A stretch of DNA of 63,640 nt, filler included, from Nitrospirae bacterium CG2_30_53_67 (GCA_001873285.1; 4 parts of 4 records of this genome joined end to end with filler, not necessarily neighbours in it), one strand, 5' to 3'. Numbered from the whole stretch's first letter, positions 28,879 to 40,211 are shown. Notes: generated by a model not told the origin, from the sequence alone. Program-made: numbers and translations.

Positions 28879-29111
28879 CGTTGTTCACTGGTTCACTGGG
28901 GAGACCCTAAAATGAACCCATCAACAACGTCCCCCCGAGTGTGAGACCTGAAAATATTCCCGTTGACTCCAAATGTCGAGAAGATGACCCTCGGAGAGGC
29001 AGCGGATTAAATATCAAATTAGCAAAGTCTGGCCCTCTGAGGCTCCACCCTCTGAGGCTCCAATTTTCCCCGGTTAGTGCCGTTACCCACTATGTCAAAC
29101 TATGCAGAATA

Positions 29112-29199
29112 TGGTGCCCGGGGCCGGAATTGAACCGGCACGGAGCTAAGCTCCAAGGGATTTTAAGTCCCTTGTGTCTACCAATTCCACCACCCGGGC
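29112..29199 (-). tRNA. tRNA-Leu(TAA)
   Basis: Long variable arm; loop CTTAAAA; CCA. Confidence 0.95.
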
Positions 29200-29237
29200 A
29201 TGAGGCCGGAATCTTCTGGCAGGGAAACGGGATACAT

Positions 29238-29312
<75 letters not shown>

Positions 29313-29313
29313 A

Positions 29314-29363
29314 TATAAATGAATTAAAGAGCAGGCAAATGCCTGCTCTTTAATTCATTTATA
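29314..29363. repeat. Perfect 23-bp hairpin filling the Gly-Cys tRNA spacer
   Basis: TATAAATGAATTAAAGAGCAGGC-aaat-GCCTGCTCTTTAATTCATTTATA. Confidence 0.9.
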
Positions 29364-29365
29364 AT

Positions 29366-29440
29366 TGGAGCGGGAAACGGGATTTGAACCCGCGACCCTC
29401 GCCTTGGCAAGGCGATGCTCTACCACTGAGCTATTCCCGC
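29366..29440 (-). tRNA. tRNA-Gly(GCC)
   Basis: Loop TTGCCAA; CCA; Gly-Cys-Leu order as in glyW-cysT-leuZ. Confidence 0.96.
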
Positions 29441-29477
29441 CTGTCGAACATGCGCCGTACACATCCTTAAAATTAAA

Positions 29478-29565
29478 AAATTATCAAGAAACAGGAATAT
29501 TGTCAAACAAAAAATTATGGAAAACCCCTTTTTAATTGACATATTACCCTGTGGGGAGTTATATT
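29478..29565. promoter_or_regulatory. Divergent sigma70-like promoters (tRNA operon and hisS)
   Basis: Minus: TTGACA-17-TAATTT (29506-29478). Plus: TTGACA-18-TATATT (29536-29565). Confidence 0.55.
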
Positions 29566-29593
29566 GACCAGATTTTAAACATGGAGAGACTCG

Positions 29594-30898
29594 TTGAAAA
29601 TCAGGGCCGTGACGGGAGTGAAGGATATCCTCCCTGAAGAGATATGGAAATGGCAATTCATTGAAGAGGTTTCTCGGGAAACCCTTGAGGAATATAGTTT
29701 TTCAGAGATAAGGGTCCCTCTTTTGGAATATACCGAACTTTTTTCGCGGAGCATCGGCCAGACATCGGATATCGTTGAAAAAGAGATGTACACCTTCGAA
29801 GACAGCAAGGGTGTAAATATTTCGCTTCGACCGGAAGGGACGGCCGGTGTGGTCCGGGCCTGCATCGAGCACCATCTCCTCTCCCCCTCGTCCATGGGGA
29901 AGTTCTACTATATGGGGGCCATGTTCAGGCACGAACGTCCTCAAAAGGGAAGATACCGGCAATTCTTCCAGATCGGGGCCGAGGCGTTGGGTTCAGGAGA
30001 GCCTGAGCTCGATGCGGAGATTCTCTCCATGCTCCACCTCCTGATGCACCGGCTCGGCATCAAGGACACGGTCCTTGAGATCAATTCCCTGGGTTGCAGG
30101 GCATGCAGACCGGAATACCGAAAAGCGCTCAGGGATTTTCTCAAAACGAAACTGGACCTCTTATGCAGCGACTGCCGCAGACGGTTTGATGCAAACCCGC
30201 TTCGAGCGCTCGACTGCAAAAACCCTGCATGCAAGGACGCTACCGTGAACGCACCGCAAGGGATGACCCATCTCTGCCCGTCGTGCATGGATCACTTTGA
30301 ATCCGTCAAAGCGCTTCTCACGGAACTGGGGATCCCCTTTGAGATCAACGGCCGCCTGGTCCGCGGGCTTGATTACTATACCCGGACCACGTTTGAGATG
30401 ACAACGGACAAGCTGGGCACACAGAATGCGGTGGCGGCCGGAGGCCGGTACGACGGCCTTGTGGAAGAACTCGGCGGCCCGTCCCTGCCCGGGATCGGGT
30501 TTGCCCTGGGCATGGAACGGATGGCGGCTCTGCTGCCCGAAAATATGGAGCGGCCTGCCAAGATCGACATTTTAATCGCCCCGCTCGGGGCTGAAGCAAG
30601 GCGACAGGCCCTGTTGCTGCTGTACAATCTGAGGGACCGCGGAATCCGAGCGGAAACCGAATTCCGAGAAAAAAGCCTCAAAAGCCAGATGCGCCAGGCG
30701 GACAAAATCGGAGTGGATTTTGTGGGAATCCTCGGAGAGAATGAGTTGACCCGAGGCGTGCTTCTCCTGCGGGATATGCGGAGCAAGGAGCAGACGGAAG
30801 TCCCGCTGAACAAAGCGGTAGAGGAACTGTGTCAACGAATTTCTCTGAAGGAGAAGGGAGAATCCTTTCCCGGCCACGTTAAAAAACCTGAGAGATAG
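29594..30898 (+). CDS. hisS: Histidine-tRNA ligase
   Basis: [40 protein letters not shown]. Confidence 0.98.
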   Translation: MKIRAVTGVKDILPEEIWKWQFIEEVSRETLEEYSFSEIRVPLLEYTELFSRSIGQTSDIVEKEMYTFEDSKGVNISLRPEGTAGVVRACIEHHLLSPSSMGKFYYMGAMFRHERPQKGRYRQFFQIGAEALGSGEPELDAEILSMLHLLMHRLGIKDTVLEINSLGCRACRPEYRKALRDFLKTKLDLLCSDCRRRFDANPLRALDCKNPACKDATVNAPQGMTHLCPSCMDHFESVKALLTELGIPFEINGRLVRGLDYYTRTTFEMTTDKLGTQNAVAAGGRYDGLVEELGGPSLPGIGFALGMERMAALLPENMERPAKIDILIAPLGAEARRQALLLLYNLRDRGIRAETEFREKSLKSQMRQADKIGVDFVGILGENELTRGVLLLRDMRSKEQTEVPLNKAVEELCQRISLKEKGESFPGHVKKPER

Positions 30899-30914
30899 GG
30901 TAGCCGACCGTACC

Positions 30915-32687
30915 ATGAAGAGACTTAAACGAAACAGGCATTGCGGCGAAATCGGATTATCCGATTTGGGTCAGGAGGTGACCCTCGCCGGCTGGGTGCA
31001 GAGGAGACGGGACCACGGGGGGCTGATCTTCGTGGACCTCAGGGACCGGTCCGGAATCAGCCAGATTGTCTTCAGTCCGGAGGTCTCAAACGAGGCCCAC
31101 CAACTCGCCCACGAATTAAGGAGCGAGTACGTGATCCAGGTGAAGGGTACGGTCCGCAAACGGCCCGAGGGAATGACCAACGAAAAGATCGGAACCGGCG
31201 GGATCGAGGTCTATGTGAACCGGCTTGAGATCCTGAACACAAGTCTCACGCCTCCGTTCATGATCGAGGATGATATCGATATCTCTGAAAACATCCGCCT
31301 TAAATACCGGTATCTCGACCTGAGAAGGAAACCCATGCAGGAGGCTTTGATCCTGCGTCATCAGATCTACAGGGCTGCCCGGGAGTATCTGAACGCCGAA
31401 GGCTTCCTGGAAATCGAAACGCCGATCCTCACCAAATCCACACCGGAAGGGGCCAGGGATTACCTGGTCCCGAGCCGCGTGAATCCGGGCCATTTTTATG
31501 CCCTTCCTCAGTCCCCCCAGCTCTTCAAACAGATCCTGATGATCGCCGGCCTGGAACGTTACTACCAGATCGTGCGGTGCTTCCGGGATGAAGACCTCCG
31601 CGCGGACCGCCAGCCTGAATTTACTCAAATCGACATGGAACTTTCCTTCATTGATGAAGAAGATATCATGTCCATCGCCGAGGGGATGATCTCTCGGATC
31701 TTTCAGGAGACCCGAGGCCTGTCACTTAAAACACCTTTTCCGAGACTCCTTTACTCTGAGGCCCTGGACCGGTTCGGTCTGGACAAGCCGGATACCCGCT
31801 TTGACTTGGAGCTCAAGGATATCTCGGACCTGGCCTCGGAGTCCGGATTCAAGGTCTTCAAGGATGCCGCGGCCTCAGGCGGCACGGTGCGAGGCATCAG
31901 GCTCCCCGGTTGCGCGGCCTATTCCAGGAAGGAGATTGATGATCTGACGGAAGCCGTCAAGATCTTCGGGGCCAAAGGGCTGGCCTGGTTCAAGGTCGCA
32001 GAACAAGGGCTCCAATCGTCCATCACCAAGTTCTTTGAACCGGCCCTGCTTCAGAAGATATCGGACCGGCTCGAAGGCAAAGCCGGGGACCTTCTGGTCT
32101 TTGTGGCCGACCGGCCGGGCGTGGTCTTTGAGTCTCTCGGCAATCTCCGGAACAAAATGGCAAAGCAGATGAACCTGATCGATCCATCCAGACATAACTT
32201 CCTATGGGTCACGGATTTCCCGCTCCTGGAATGGGACGAAAACGAGAAGCGTTTTGCAGCCATGCACCACCCCTTTACCTCACCGTGCGAGGCCGACCTC
32301 TCCCTTCTGCAATCCGACCCTAAGAAGGTCCGAGCGAGGGCCTATGATCTGGTTTTGAACGGTTCTGAGATCGGGGGAGGGAGCATCCGGATCCACCGCA
32401 AGGAACTCCAGGAGCAGATGTTCTCTGTGATCGGGATGGAGAAAGAAGAGGCCAGGAACCGCTTCGGCTTTCTCCTGGATGCGCTCGAATACGGGGCGCC
32501 GCCTCACGGCGGGATTGCCTTCGGCCTGGACCGGATCGCCATGATCTTAAGCGGCGCTTCGTCGATCCGGGACGTCATCGCCTTTCCAAAGACCCAGAAG
32601 GCCACGTGCCTCATGACCGGAGCGCCGTCCACAGTGGATCAAAAACAACTGCGGGAACTGATGATCAGAACAGAAATGGTGGAGTAA
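30915..32687 (+). CDS. aspS: Aspartate-tRNA ligase
   Basis: [45 protein letters not shown]. Confidence 0.98.
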   Translation: MKRLKRNRHCGEIGLSDLGQEVTLAGWVQRRRDHGGLIFVDLRDRSGISQIVFSPEVSNEAHQLAHELRSEYVIQVKGTVRKRPEGMTNEKIGTGGIEVYVNRLEILNTSLTPPFMIEDDIDISENIRLKYRYLDLRRKPMQEALILRHQIYRAAREYLNAEGFLEIETPILTKSTPEGARDYLVPSRVNPGHFYALPQSPQLFKQILMIAGLERYYQIVRCFRDEDLRADRQPEFTQIDMELSFIDEEDIMSIAEGMISRIFQETRGLSLKTPFPRLLYSEALDRFGLDKPDTRFDLELKDISDLASESGFKVFKDAAASGGTVRGIRLPGCAAYSRKEIDDLTEAVKIFGAKGLAWFKVAEQGLQSSITKFFEPALLQKISDRLEGKAGDLLVFVADRPGVVFESLGNLRNKMAKQMNLIDPSRHNFLWVTDFPLLEWDENEKRFAAMHHPFTSPCEADLSLLQSDPKKVRARAYDLVLNGSEIGGGSIRIHRKELQEQMFSVIGMEKEEARNRFGFLLDALEYGAPPHGGIAFGLDRIAMILSGASSIRDVIAFPKTQKATCLMTGAPSTVDQKQLRELMIRTEMVE

Positions 32688-32692
32688 AATAT

Positions 32693-33451
32693 ATGAAAAA
32701 ACGAAGACCTCGCCGATTCCAGGTTTTGACCGCCCCGCTGGTCCTTCTATTACTGGCCGGCTGCATCCGATTCCCGGAAAGGGAGATCTCCGATGCCAAG
32801 GTCCTGATGGAAGCCGCCAAAAACTCCTGCGCAAAGGTCTATATGCCTGAAGATCTGCAAAAAGGGGAAAAGAAGCTGCTCGCGATCGATGAAGGAACCC
32901 GGGAGGAATCCCGGAAGCCTAACCGAGAACTCAAAACCCTGGCCATGGATGTACAGCATATCTCCAAGAAGATGATCAACCAGACCGCACGGATCAAAGA
33001 CGACCTCTACCATCAAATCCAGCAGGAGATCGTTCTCGCCATAAAGAAGATCCATGAAGGTGAAAAGGCCGAGGCCAACCGGTATGCATTAAAGGAATAC
33101 CTCATGGCTGTCCAAAGTGTACGGGAGGCAAGGGAATTCTCGCAGGACGAATGCCGTTACAAGGACGCTCTAAAAAAAGCCAGGGAGTCCGTCCGGAATG
33201 CGGAAGAGAGCCTTCAGGGGTCCCTCACCTTCAGAAAAGAGCTGGAAAAGAACCTCCCTGTTTACTATATCGTCAAGCCGGGTGAAACCTTGAAAAGCAT
33301 CGCCAGAAACTCTCCGCTTTACGGGGATGAATCCTACTGGGAAGTGATCTACAAGGCCAACAGGGACCAGATCGCCGACCCCAAGGTCCTCCATCCCGGG
33401 CAGCAGATCTATCTCCCGGGGGCTAAAGGAATCGAAAAATACAGGAAGTAG
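32693..33451 (+). CDS. LysM-domain lipoprotein with helical (DUF4398-like) region
   Basis: Lipobox LLAGC; C-terminal YIVKPGETL..IA...IYKANRDQI.DP..L.PGQ. Confidence 0.88.
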   Translation: MKKRRPRRFQVLTAPLVLLLLAGCIRFPEREISDAKVLMEAAKNSCAKVYMPEDLQKGEKKLLAIDEGTREESRKPNRELKTLAMDVQHISKKMINQTARIKDDLYHQIQQEIVLAIKKIHEGEKAEANRYALKEYLMAVQSVREAREFSQDECRYKDALKKARESVRNAEESLQGSLTFRKELEKNLPVYYIVKPGETLKSIARNSPLYGDESYWEVIYKANRDQIADPKVLHPGQQIYLPGAKGIEKYRK

Positions 33452-33552
33452 CTCAAGGTCATCTTCTTTTAAATCCGCATTTTTTTTACACTTCCGACGT
33501 TTTCATGTTAAAATATTCATAGAGATTGCAGGCGTGGTTTCAGGAGGTGAAG

Positions 33553-34839
33553 ATGGACCCTGTAAGCGGCACATCCATGTTTTCAAGCTGGTTTCCCGGG
33601 CTTCCCCCTGTTGCGTTCTTTTTGATGGTCCTCTGCGCCTTTGGGCTGGGCTTTCTCATGAGAAGGCTGGCCAATGCGAATCATCTTGCCCGGGCCAATG
33701 CCCTGGAGCAGGACCTCAAAAATTCGGAGAAGCGGATCGCTTCCCTGAAGCAGGGGAAGAATGACCTGGTGTCCGTCATGGAAACCCTGAAGAGACAGAA
33801 TCGTGAGTTCGGCGCATTCATCTCGATGATCCCGGACTCGGTGGAAAGGCTGAACACCTGCGAAAAGCTCGACGATATCCTGTTGAACCTGGTTCATATC
33901 ACGGAAAAACTGCTCCAAACGCGGGAGGTCTCGGTTTTTGTCAGAGAGAAAGACCTTCTCGTCATGAAAGCTGCGAGTGATTTACCGCCGGTATCTTCTC
34001 CCCCCATGTCTATACGTATGGGCGAAGGAAAGATCGGATGGGTGGCTCAGAAGGGGATCTCCATGACCGATCGTGATCTTCAACAGGAAAGCACCCTGGT
34101 GAAGATCAGTCTTTTAAAAACAGATTCGGACCTGGCGACGAAAATCTGTTCCCCGATCGTATATAACGGAACGCTTCTGGGCGTACTCAACATCGGGAAT
34201 CTTCCAGGCGAGATGGATCAAGGACTTCGGGTTGCCCGGATGATCACGTCGCTCGGTTCCATCGCCATGGGAAATATCCTGCTCAAGGAAGAGGTCCGGA
34301 GCGGTTCCGAAAAAGACGGCCTCACCGGACTCTATTCCCTGCAGTATTTCCTCAACGAGCTTCGCAAGGAACTGAGCAAGGCCAGAAGATATAAAAGACC
34401 CGTCTCTGTATGCCACTTCAATATGGATTCATTTCAGAAGTACAATGAGATCAACGGTTATCTCGCGGGCGACGAGGCCCTGCGCATGGTCGGCAAAATT
34501 CTGAAGGACCATATCCGGGAACAGGATATCGCGGCCCGTTACGGCGGGAAGGAGTTCGTCCTCTTCTGTCCTGAAACACGCAGAGAAGATGCGGTCTTCC
34601 TATCCGATAAACTCCGAGAGATCATCTGCAACGCTTCTTTCCCTCAGAAAGACCGTATGTCCGGAGGCAAGCTCACGGTGAGCGGAGGGGTGGCCGGCTA
34701 CCCTGAGGATGGGGCCGATGAAGCGGAACTGATCGCTTCGGCCGTTCAGGCTACGCAGAAATCCATCAACGGGGGTCGTAACCGTATCAGCCAGGCCGGG
34801 GCCGGCAAAGAAAGCGGAAAGTTTACGATCCAGCAGTAA
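33553..34839 (+). CDS. TM-coiled coil-GAF-GGDEF protein with degenerate active site (GGKEF)
   Basis: DGLTGL, NMDSFQKYN...GDEAL, REQD-x5-GGKEF; GGAGG RBS. Confidence 0.85.
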   Translation: MDPVSGTSMFSSWFPGLPPVAFFLMVLCAFGLGFLMRRLANANHLARANALEQDLKNSEKRIASLKQGKNDLVSVMETLKRQNREFGAFISMIPDSVERLNTCEKLDDILLNLVHITEKLLQTREVSVFVREKDLLVMKAASDLPPVSSPPMSIRMGEGKIGWVAQKGISMTDRDLQQESTLVKISLLKTDSDLATKICSPIVYNGTLLGVLNIGNLPGEMDQGLRVARMITSLGSIAMGNILLKEEVRSGSEKDGLTGLYSLQYFLNELRKELSKARRYKRPVSVCHFNMDSFQKYNEINGYLAGDEALRMVGKILKDHIREQDIAARYGGKEFVLFCPETRREDAVFLSDKLREIICNASFPQKDRMSGGKLTVSGGVAGYPEDGADEAELIASAVQATQKSINGGRNRISQAGAGKESGKFTIQQ

Positions 34840-34854
34840 ACTCTTTTTTAAAAA

Positions 34855-36374
34855 CTACCTCAAGGTGTGCTGGAACTTGACCGCCTCCTCATAACTCTTC
34901 CATAAAGAACTCTTGCGATCGATTTTATCCTGATGCCGTGAAGGGACGCCGTTCTTATTCACCTGATGGCATGCCCCGCACTTCACGGGCCCGTGGGCGC
35001 CGTCCTGGTTCAGGAGCGCCGCCTGTTGATACCCGGTGATATCCACCTCGGGATCCACGGGGTAGAGGCCGTGCATGGATTCATGGCACCCCTGGCAGGT
35101 GATCCCCGCGTGCCCTTTGGAGTAGCGCATGAGGGCGTACTTGCCCGGCTGGTCTATGGGAAAGGCGCCGCCGCCCATACTCTCGACAAAGGGAGGCTGA
35201 TGGCAGTCGGCACAGTGGGGCTCGCCGGCTGCGAGCCAGTAATCCCGCCCGTGCGTGGCCGCATCGTAAGAAACAGGCACACCCAAGGTTCCGTCCGGAT
35301 CCGCATCCTCGATGATGACCGAACGGTCCCCGTCTTCATCGGCTGGAGTGAGGATCGGATTCCCCTGATCGTCCGCATTGATCCTGGCGATGGCCGCGAT
35401 GCTTTGTCCCGTCCGATCCCAGGAGCGCAAAACACCGGATCCGGTGTCGTCTCCCTGCCTGGGGCTTTTGGGATTGATGTAATCGTCTTTCAGTTCCTGA
35501 AGAGAAACGCCTGCGGCCTCGGCTATCCGGTCCAGCGGCTGATCGCGAAGGGTCCGGCCCTTTTGCTGAACCGCATCGCTGAGGTGATCTGCCTTATATA
35601 ACTCCCGGGAGAGCCGGTTGTGGCAGTTGGTGCAGTACAATCCCTTGTCCGCTCCCCCGCTCTTCATGACCTCTAAAAGAAGGTAATGGCCCACCGCATT
35701 GAGATCACTCCTGGTCTCGGCCCCGGACCGGTTCCTCCTCGGGCCGGCATGCGCGTCCCTCCCGGTAAAGCACCCTTTGGAGTCCCGGATGTCGCCCGAG
35801 GCGAAGTGATTCTTGCCGTCTTTGGTGATGGGGAAATCGTTCAGGGTCCGGTCACTTCGATGCGATGGATGACAGAGCTGGCATCCCCCGGCAAATCCCT
35901 GGCTGTCAGGCAAAGGGTTCTTTCGCTGATGGGCGCTGTGAATGGCCTCGGTCAATGGAGAGATCAGATGATCCGCGCTGGGAAGTCCTGAATGTCCCTT
36001 CTGAATATCCTTTGCTTCCATCTCGCCCGCCTTTTTCGAGAAAAACCTTCCGATGATATTGTCTGCATGGCAATCCTGACAGAGAATGGGATCTCTTCCC
36101 AGCCGGCTCTGAACCGTGGATCCTTTAGGCCAGTTTCCCAGGAAGTTGGTCCCGTGATGGTCATCATGAATTTCCAGGATCGAGACGGCTGCGGCCTTGA
36201 GTTCGGCAAACCAGTCCCCGGATCCGTGCACCTCCTTCCAGAAATCATATTCCTCTTTATACTTGTTATACTTTTGCCCATTGGCCTTTTCGTTTGAATG
36301 ACAGCGCGCACAGTTAGGAATATCAATGGGGTTGACCCCGAAGAACCGGACCATCTTCCCCGACGAATCAATCA
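34855..36374 (-). CDS. Multiheme cytochrome c, C-terminal part (5' end lost at the contig edge)
   Basis: Seven CXXCH motifs (CARCH, CQDCH, CQLCH, CTNCH, CADCH, CQGCH, CGACH); frame open to the gap; no signal peptide in view. Confidence 0.9.
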
Positions 36375-36474
36375 NNNNNNNNNNNNNNNNNNNNNNNNNN
36401 NNNNNNNNNNNNNNNNNNTTAATTAATTAANNNNNNNNNNNNNNNNNNNNNNNNNNNNNNNNNNNNNNNNNNNN
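36375..36474. other. Artificial contig linker
   Basis: N-run with TTAATTAATTAA. Confidence 0.98.
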
Positions 36475-36672
36475 GATCCTGTCGAAATGCGTCCATGCGC
36501 CGATTTCCCATTTTTTCCCGGCATCCATGATAAATTTCTTGGCCCTGGCGCCGGCGATCAGGTCCTGTCCCTTGAGAACCGCTCCCAGAATAATCCCGAT
36601 GATCACGAGGACAATGGCGAGCTCGATCAGGGTGAATCCTTTTTCTTCCCTCAACACGCTTGGTTTTTTCAT
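36475..36672 (-). CDS. Type IV pilin/pseudopilin, N-terminal part (truncated)
   Basis: KG|FTLIELAIVLVIIGIILGAVLKGQDLI prepilin motif; GGAGG RBS. Confidence 0.9.
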
Positions 36673-36732
36673 AATTTCCTCCAATTTAGAATATTGATTC
36701 TCTACCTGCACCAAAAATGGGTGACGATATCC

Positions 36733-37329
36733 TTAAAGTTTAAAATAGAGGTTCAAAGGGGTTGCGCTGGTATAGACGGCGCCGGCGCGGATCGTACCGG
36801 CATCGTAGAGCCCGTCATCGTACAGCGTGTCCAGTGACTGGCCGATATCGGGCGGGATACTGGTCATGCCGATCCAGTTTGTCAAGAGCCCTTGCACGGT
36901 AGCATAGCCCACGCCCACCGCACCGCCAAAGGGGTTGGCAGGATTATTAGGCAGGCTCCCCCCGATGATATTTGACGCCCTGAGGTGCTCCCAGAGGCCG
37001 CAGGACTCGCTTGAAGCAGGGCTTACACAAGCAAAGTCCACCACCCCCGCCACTGCCGGGTCAATAAGGCCGTCTCCATTCCCGCCGGAATAAAGACCCC
37101 CGAACCCCGTCCTTCCGGCAACGGTATTGTCATCTCCGGGCAGCTTGGTGTATTTATCCACATAGGTATAAATTGCGGCAAATACTTCTCTTTGAAGATT
37201 ATACGTTCTTTTTGTCTTGGCATTCGTGATCAGCTCCTGCCCCTTGAGCACGGCGCCGAGGATGATGCCGATGATCACAAGAACAATGGCAAGCTCAACA
37301 AGGGTAAATCCTTTATTATTCTTCACCAT
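36733..37329 (-). CDS. Type IV pilin/pseudopilin
   Basis: KG|FTLVELAIVLVIIG, LPGD, Cys pair, NPFGG, LD..YDDG. Confidence 0.92.
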   Translation of the reverse strand: MVKNNKGFTLVELAIVLVIIGIILGAVLKGQELITNAKTKRTYNLQREVFAAIYTYVDKYTKLPGDDNTVAGRTGFGGLYSGGNGDGLIDPAVAGVVDFACVSPASSESCGLWEHLRASNIIGGSLPNNPANPFGGAVGVGYATVQGLLTNWIGMTSIPPDIGQSLDTLYDDGLYDAGTIRAGAVYTSATPLNLYFKL

Positions 37330-37455
37330 ACCATTTCCTCCTCTCCAAATATCAAACTTCATGCTGTTGATCATATTCTATAATTAACTGCTTGTTTCGT
37401 ATTTATATTATAATTTTGACAGTAGGTGCGGCCGATTGCCACAAAAGGAGAACGG

Positions 37456-38598
37456 ATGAGCCTTCTCGCTGAACTGCTTTCAAAGGCCAAGGGGACCCTA
37501 AAAGGGAACAAGGACATTCCCCCTGCGCTGAAAGAGCTGATCTCCCCGAAAAGAGAAAAAAAAACGACTTCAGGACTTTTTCTCTTCATCGGGCTTTTGA
37601 TCATCTGCTCCATAACCGCAGGCTCCTGGTTTGTATATTTCGTGCACGAAAAAACCGGCAAGGCTCCGGGACCGGACGTATCCGCATTACATCAACCTTC
37701 AAGAACCGCCGCCCGGGAGCAGGAAGAAGATCAGCCCGTGCCTTTGGTAAAAACCGCAGACCGGGAAAATACCCCGGCCCCTGTTCCGGAAAAAGCGCCC
37801 GGCCCACAGACCGGCGAAGAAACAGAGAACAGCGGCGCCGAAGGTCCTCCCATGAACTCCCAAGCCGGAGGAACTGAGCCTGCAGAACATCCGGAGGATA
37901 CGGCCCGAAAAGAAGCCGGCCAAGCGCCCTTGATCAGCCGGGAAAAGGCCGCAAGAGCCGTTCCGCCCGCTGAAGACCTGAGAGAAGTAAAGGAAACCCG
38001 TGGAGAGGCCGCGGCCTCAAACCCGGCCGGTGGCAATGATACGGAGGCGGCCGCTTCCATCTATTCAGCCTTGCAGTTTGAGGAACAGAGAAAATACCCC
38101 GAGGCGCTGGCCGAATATATGAACGCCTTGAAATACAATCCGAACAGCCCCTTGATTCTCAGCAACATATCCTCTCTTTTTCTCCAAATGGGGGTCTATG
38201 AAAGCGCCCTGCAGTATGCAAGAAAAGCGCTGGCCATCAACGGCGCCTATGTTCCAGCCATGGTCAACTCTGGGGTATCCCTTGCAGGACTGAATAAAAA
38301 TGAAGCGGCGGAACGCCTTCTTAAATCCGCCGTGGATTCCGAGCCCTACAACAGGAATGCCCTCTACAACCTCGGACTTCTGTATGAAAAACAGGGAAAG
38401 TTTAAAGAGGCGTTGAGCCTGTATCAGAACCTTGTGAACACCGGCGAGAGTGATGCCTATATCCACATGGCAAGGGTCCTGGAGCTTTCCGGACGCAGGG
38501 AAGAGGCCATGGGTGTTTATTCAGGAATCATCCGTTCCGCCCTAATTTCAGAGTCCGTGAAGAAGGAAGCGGAGCAAAGTCTTGGCAGGCTGAAATAA
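37456..38598 (+). CDS. Membrane-anchored TPR protein (MshN-like)
   Basis: MSLL..LL.K start, TM helix, Pro/Glu-rich linker, about 5 TPRs; within the pilus cluster. Confidence 0.8.
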   Translation: MSLLAELLSKAKGTLKGNKDIPPALKELISPKREKKTTSGLFLFIGLLIICSITAGSWFVYFVHEKTGKAPGPDVSALHQPSRTAAREQEEDQPVPLVKTADRENTPAPVPEKAPGPQTGEETENSGAEGPPMNSQAGGTEPAEHPEDTARKEAGQAPLISREKAARAVPPAEDLREVKETRGEAAASNPAGGNDTEAAASIYSALQFEEQRKYPEALAEYMNALKYNPNSPLILSNISSLFLQMGVYESALQYARKALAINGAYVPAMVNSGVSLAGLNKNEAAERLLKSAVDSEPYNRNALYNLGLLYEKQGKFKEALSLYQNLVNTGESDAYIHMARVLELSGRREEAMGVYSGIIRSALISESVKKEAEQSLGRLK

Positions 38599-38622
38599 AG
38601 GATACGGCTTCATAAGATGTTT

Positions 38623-38711
38623 CCCCTCCCTCGTGGGAGGGGACTGAGGGGAGGGGGAGGCTAATCCAATCTCACCCTCACCCCAACCCTCTCCCATCAG
38701 AGGGAGAGGGA
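38623..38711. repeat. REP-like double hairpin (CCCTCTCCC-N-GGGAGAGGG family) between convergent genes
   Basis: CCCCTCCC.CG.GGGAGGGG ... CCCTCTCCCATCAGAGGGAGAGGG. Confidence 0.7.
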
Positions 38712-38753
38712 GTTCTCAGGAGACCATCATTGACCATAAAACTCCTTTCGCCT

Positions 38754-40211
38754 TCATTCCCCGGACGTGAGCCTGAGCACCTTCGAGGAGATCCATCCGG
38801 AGTTGCCGTCATCAAGATCCACCCGGCGCCAGAGAATCCCGTCCACGTCGGCCGTCTCGTTCCTAAGACGGACATTCTCACCTTGCTGGACATAAGCGAT
38901 CTTTTCGCCGTTCAATCCCGGGGTCTCCCGCACATTCGCTGAATGAGAGATGATCATGGCGGACATCGGGTCCGCCCTATTTTGATCCGCATGATTCTGA
39001 ATTTCATTGGGAGGCGCCGAAGCAGGACTGAATATCCCGCCTCTTGCGTCTTCACCGGATTCCTGTTTTCCCGCTTCCGGAGAAGGAACCGGATGGTTGA
39101 CCTTGGGGTGGGATTCTGTTATTTCCTCAACTTTCATCCGAGCCGGGCATTTATCCGGCCGAGCGGAGTCTCCCGGGGAGGGCCCGATTGCCTCAGCTTC
39201 CGCCTGGATCGGCTGTTCATCGGATCGGGCCGTGTTGACATGGGACGACTTGATGGCCTGAACCATTGCCTCGGCATGGACGTCGGAGACGATCCTGCCG
39301 GCATACGACCTGACCCATCCCGTGGAGACAAAATAAAATACCACGGCCAGCGCGAGCCCGGCCGCAAACACGGGCCTCGCCAAGGGCTTTCTGATGCGTC
39401 TCTTCTCTTCAAGCTTCAGGCTCTGCACGGCGTATTGCACATGTTTCGGCTCGATCTCCCCGGCCTCCTCAAGGAACGCCGACATGAGGGTCCGGGTCGT
39501 GATCGTGTTGATGAGCCGGGGGATGCCCTTGGAATACTGGTCAATCCGCCTGATGGCGGCATCCCTGAACCTGACGTGTCCTCTCCCGGCCTTGGTCAGC
39601 CTGAAGGAAATATAATCCCCGACCTCCTTGATGTCGAGAGGGTCAATGTTCATGCGCGTGATGATCCTCTGATCAAGCTGTCTGAGCTGCGGCGACCGGA
39701 GACGGGCGGCAAGTTCCGGCTGGCCGACCAGGATGATGTGGAGGAGCTTCTCCTTTTCGGTCTCCAGGTTGGAGAGCAGGCGCAGTTCCTCCAGGGTTTC
39801 GTCAGGAAGGTTCTGCGCCTCATCCACCAGGATGATCACGGCCCTCCCTTCAAGAGACTTCTGTATGAGAAAATCCCGGAACGTCCGGATGACCTCGTTC
39901 TTGTTGGCTGATGCGCACTGGACGCCGAGATCCTCGAGCATGGCCATGAGAAATTCTCCGGGTGACAGCCTCGGGGTGAGGACCATGGCGATTTCAGCCT
40001 TGTCCCGGTATTGCTCAAGAAACACGTTGAGAAGCGTGGTCTTTCCGGCGCCGGGCTCCCCGGTCACAAGGCAGAACCCTTCCCTATGGTCGGTGCTGTA
40101 CCCCAGGGAAAGGAGGGCGTTGTGATGGCTCCTGGACGCGAAAAAACACCCTGCGTCAGGCGTGATCCTGAAAGGCTCTTCGTTCAGTCCGTAGTAGGTG
40201 AGATAGTCCAT
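38754..40211 (-). CDS. ExeA/MshM-family AAA ATPase with C-terminal SH3b-like domain
   Basis: YGL.EEPF.ITPD, GEPGAGKTT, VDEAQNL, LVGQPEL, GIPRLIN; ANVRETP...GWIS. Confidence 0.9.
   Translation of the reverse strand: MDYLTYYGLNEEPFRITPDAGCFFASRSHHNALLSLGYSTDHREGFCLVTGEPGAGKTTLLNVFLEQYRDKAEIAMVLTPRLSPGEFLMAMLEDLGVQCASANKNEVIRTFRDFLIQKSLEGRAVIILVDEAQNLPDETLEELRLLSNLETEKEKLLHIILVGQPELAARLRSPQLRQLDQRIITRMNIDPLDIKEVGDYISFRLTKAGRGHVRFRDAAIRRIDQYSKGIPRLINTITTRTLMSAFLEEAGEIEPKHVQYAVQSLKLEEKRRIRKPLARPVFAAGLALAVVFYFVSTGWVRSYAGRIVSDVHAEAMVQAIKSSHVNTARSDEQPIQAEAEAIGPSPGDSARPDKCPARMKVEEITESHPKVNHPVPSPEAGKQESGEDARGGIFSPASAPPNEIQNHADQNRADPMSAMIISHSANVRETPGLNGEKIAYVQQGENVRLRNETADVDGILWRRVDLDDGNSGWISSKVLRLTSGE

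Noticed and set aside
28880..29110. Region 3' of tRNA-Leu with a 14-bp tandem (CCCTCTGAGGCTCC) as a possible att site
   Set aside because: No duplicated tRNA 3' end and no integrase seen.
34855..37329. Multiheme cytochrome next to pilins, suggesting a nanowire/extracellular electron transfer locus
   Set aside because: They are separated by an artificial contig linker, and the complete pilin is long, not a truncated e-pilin.
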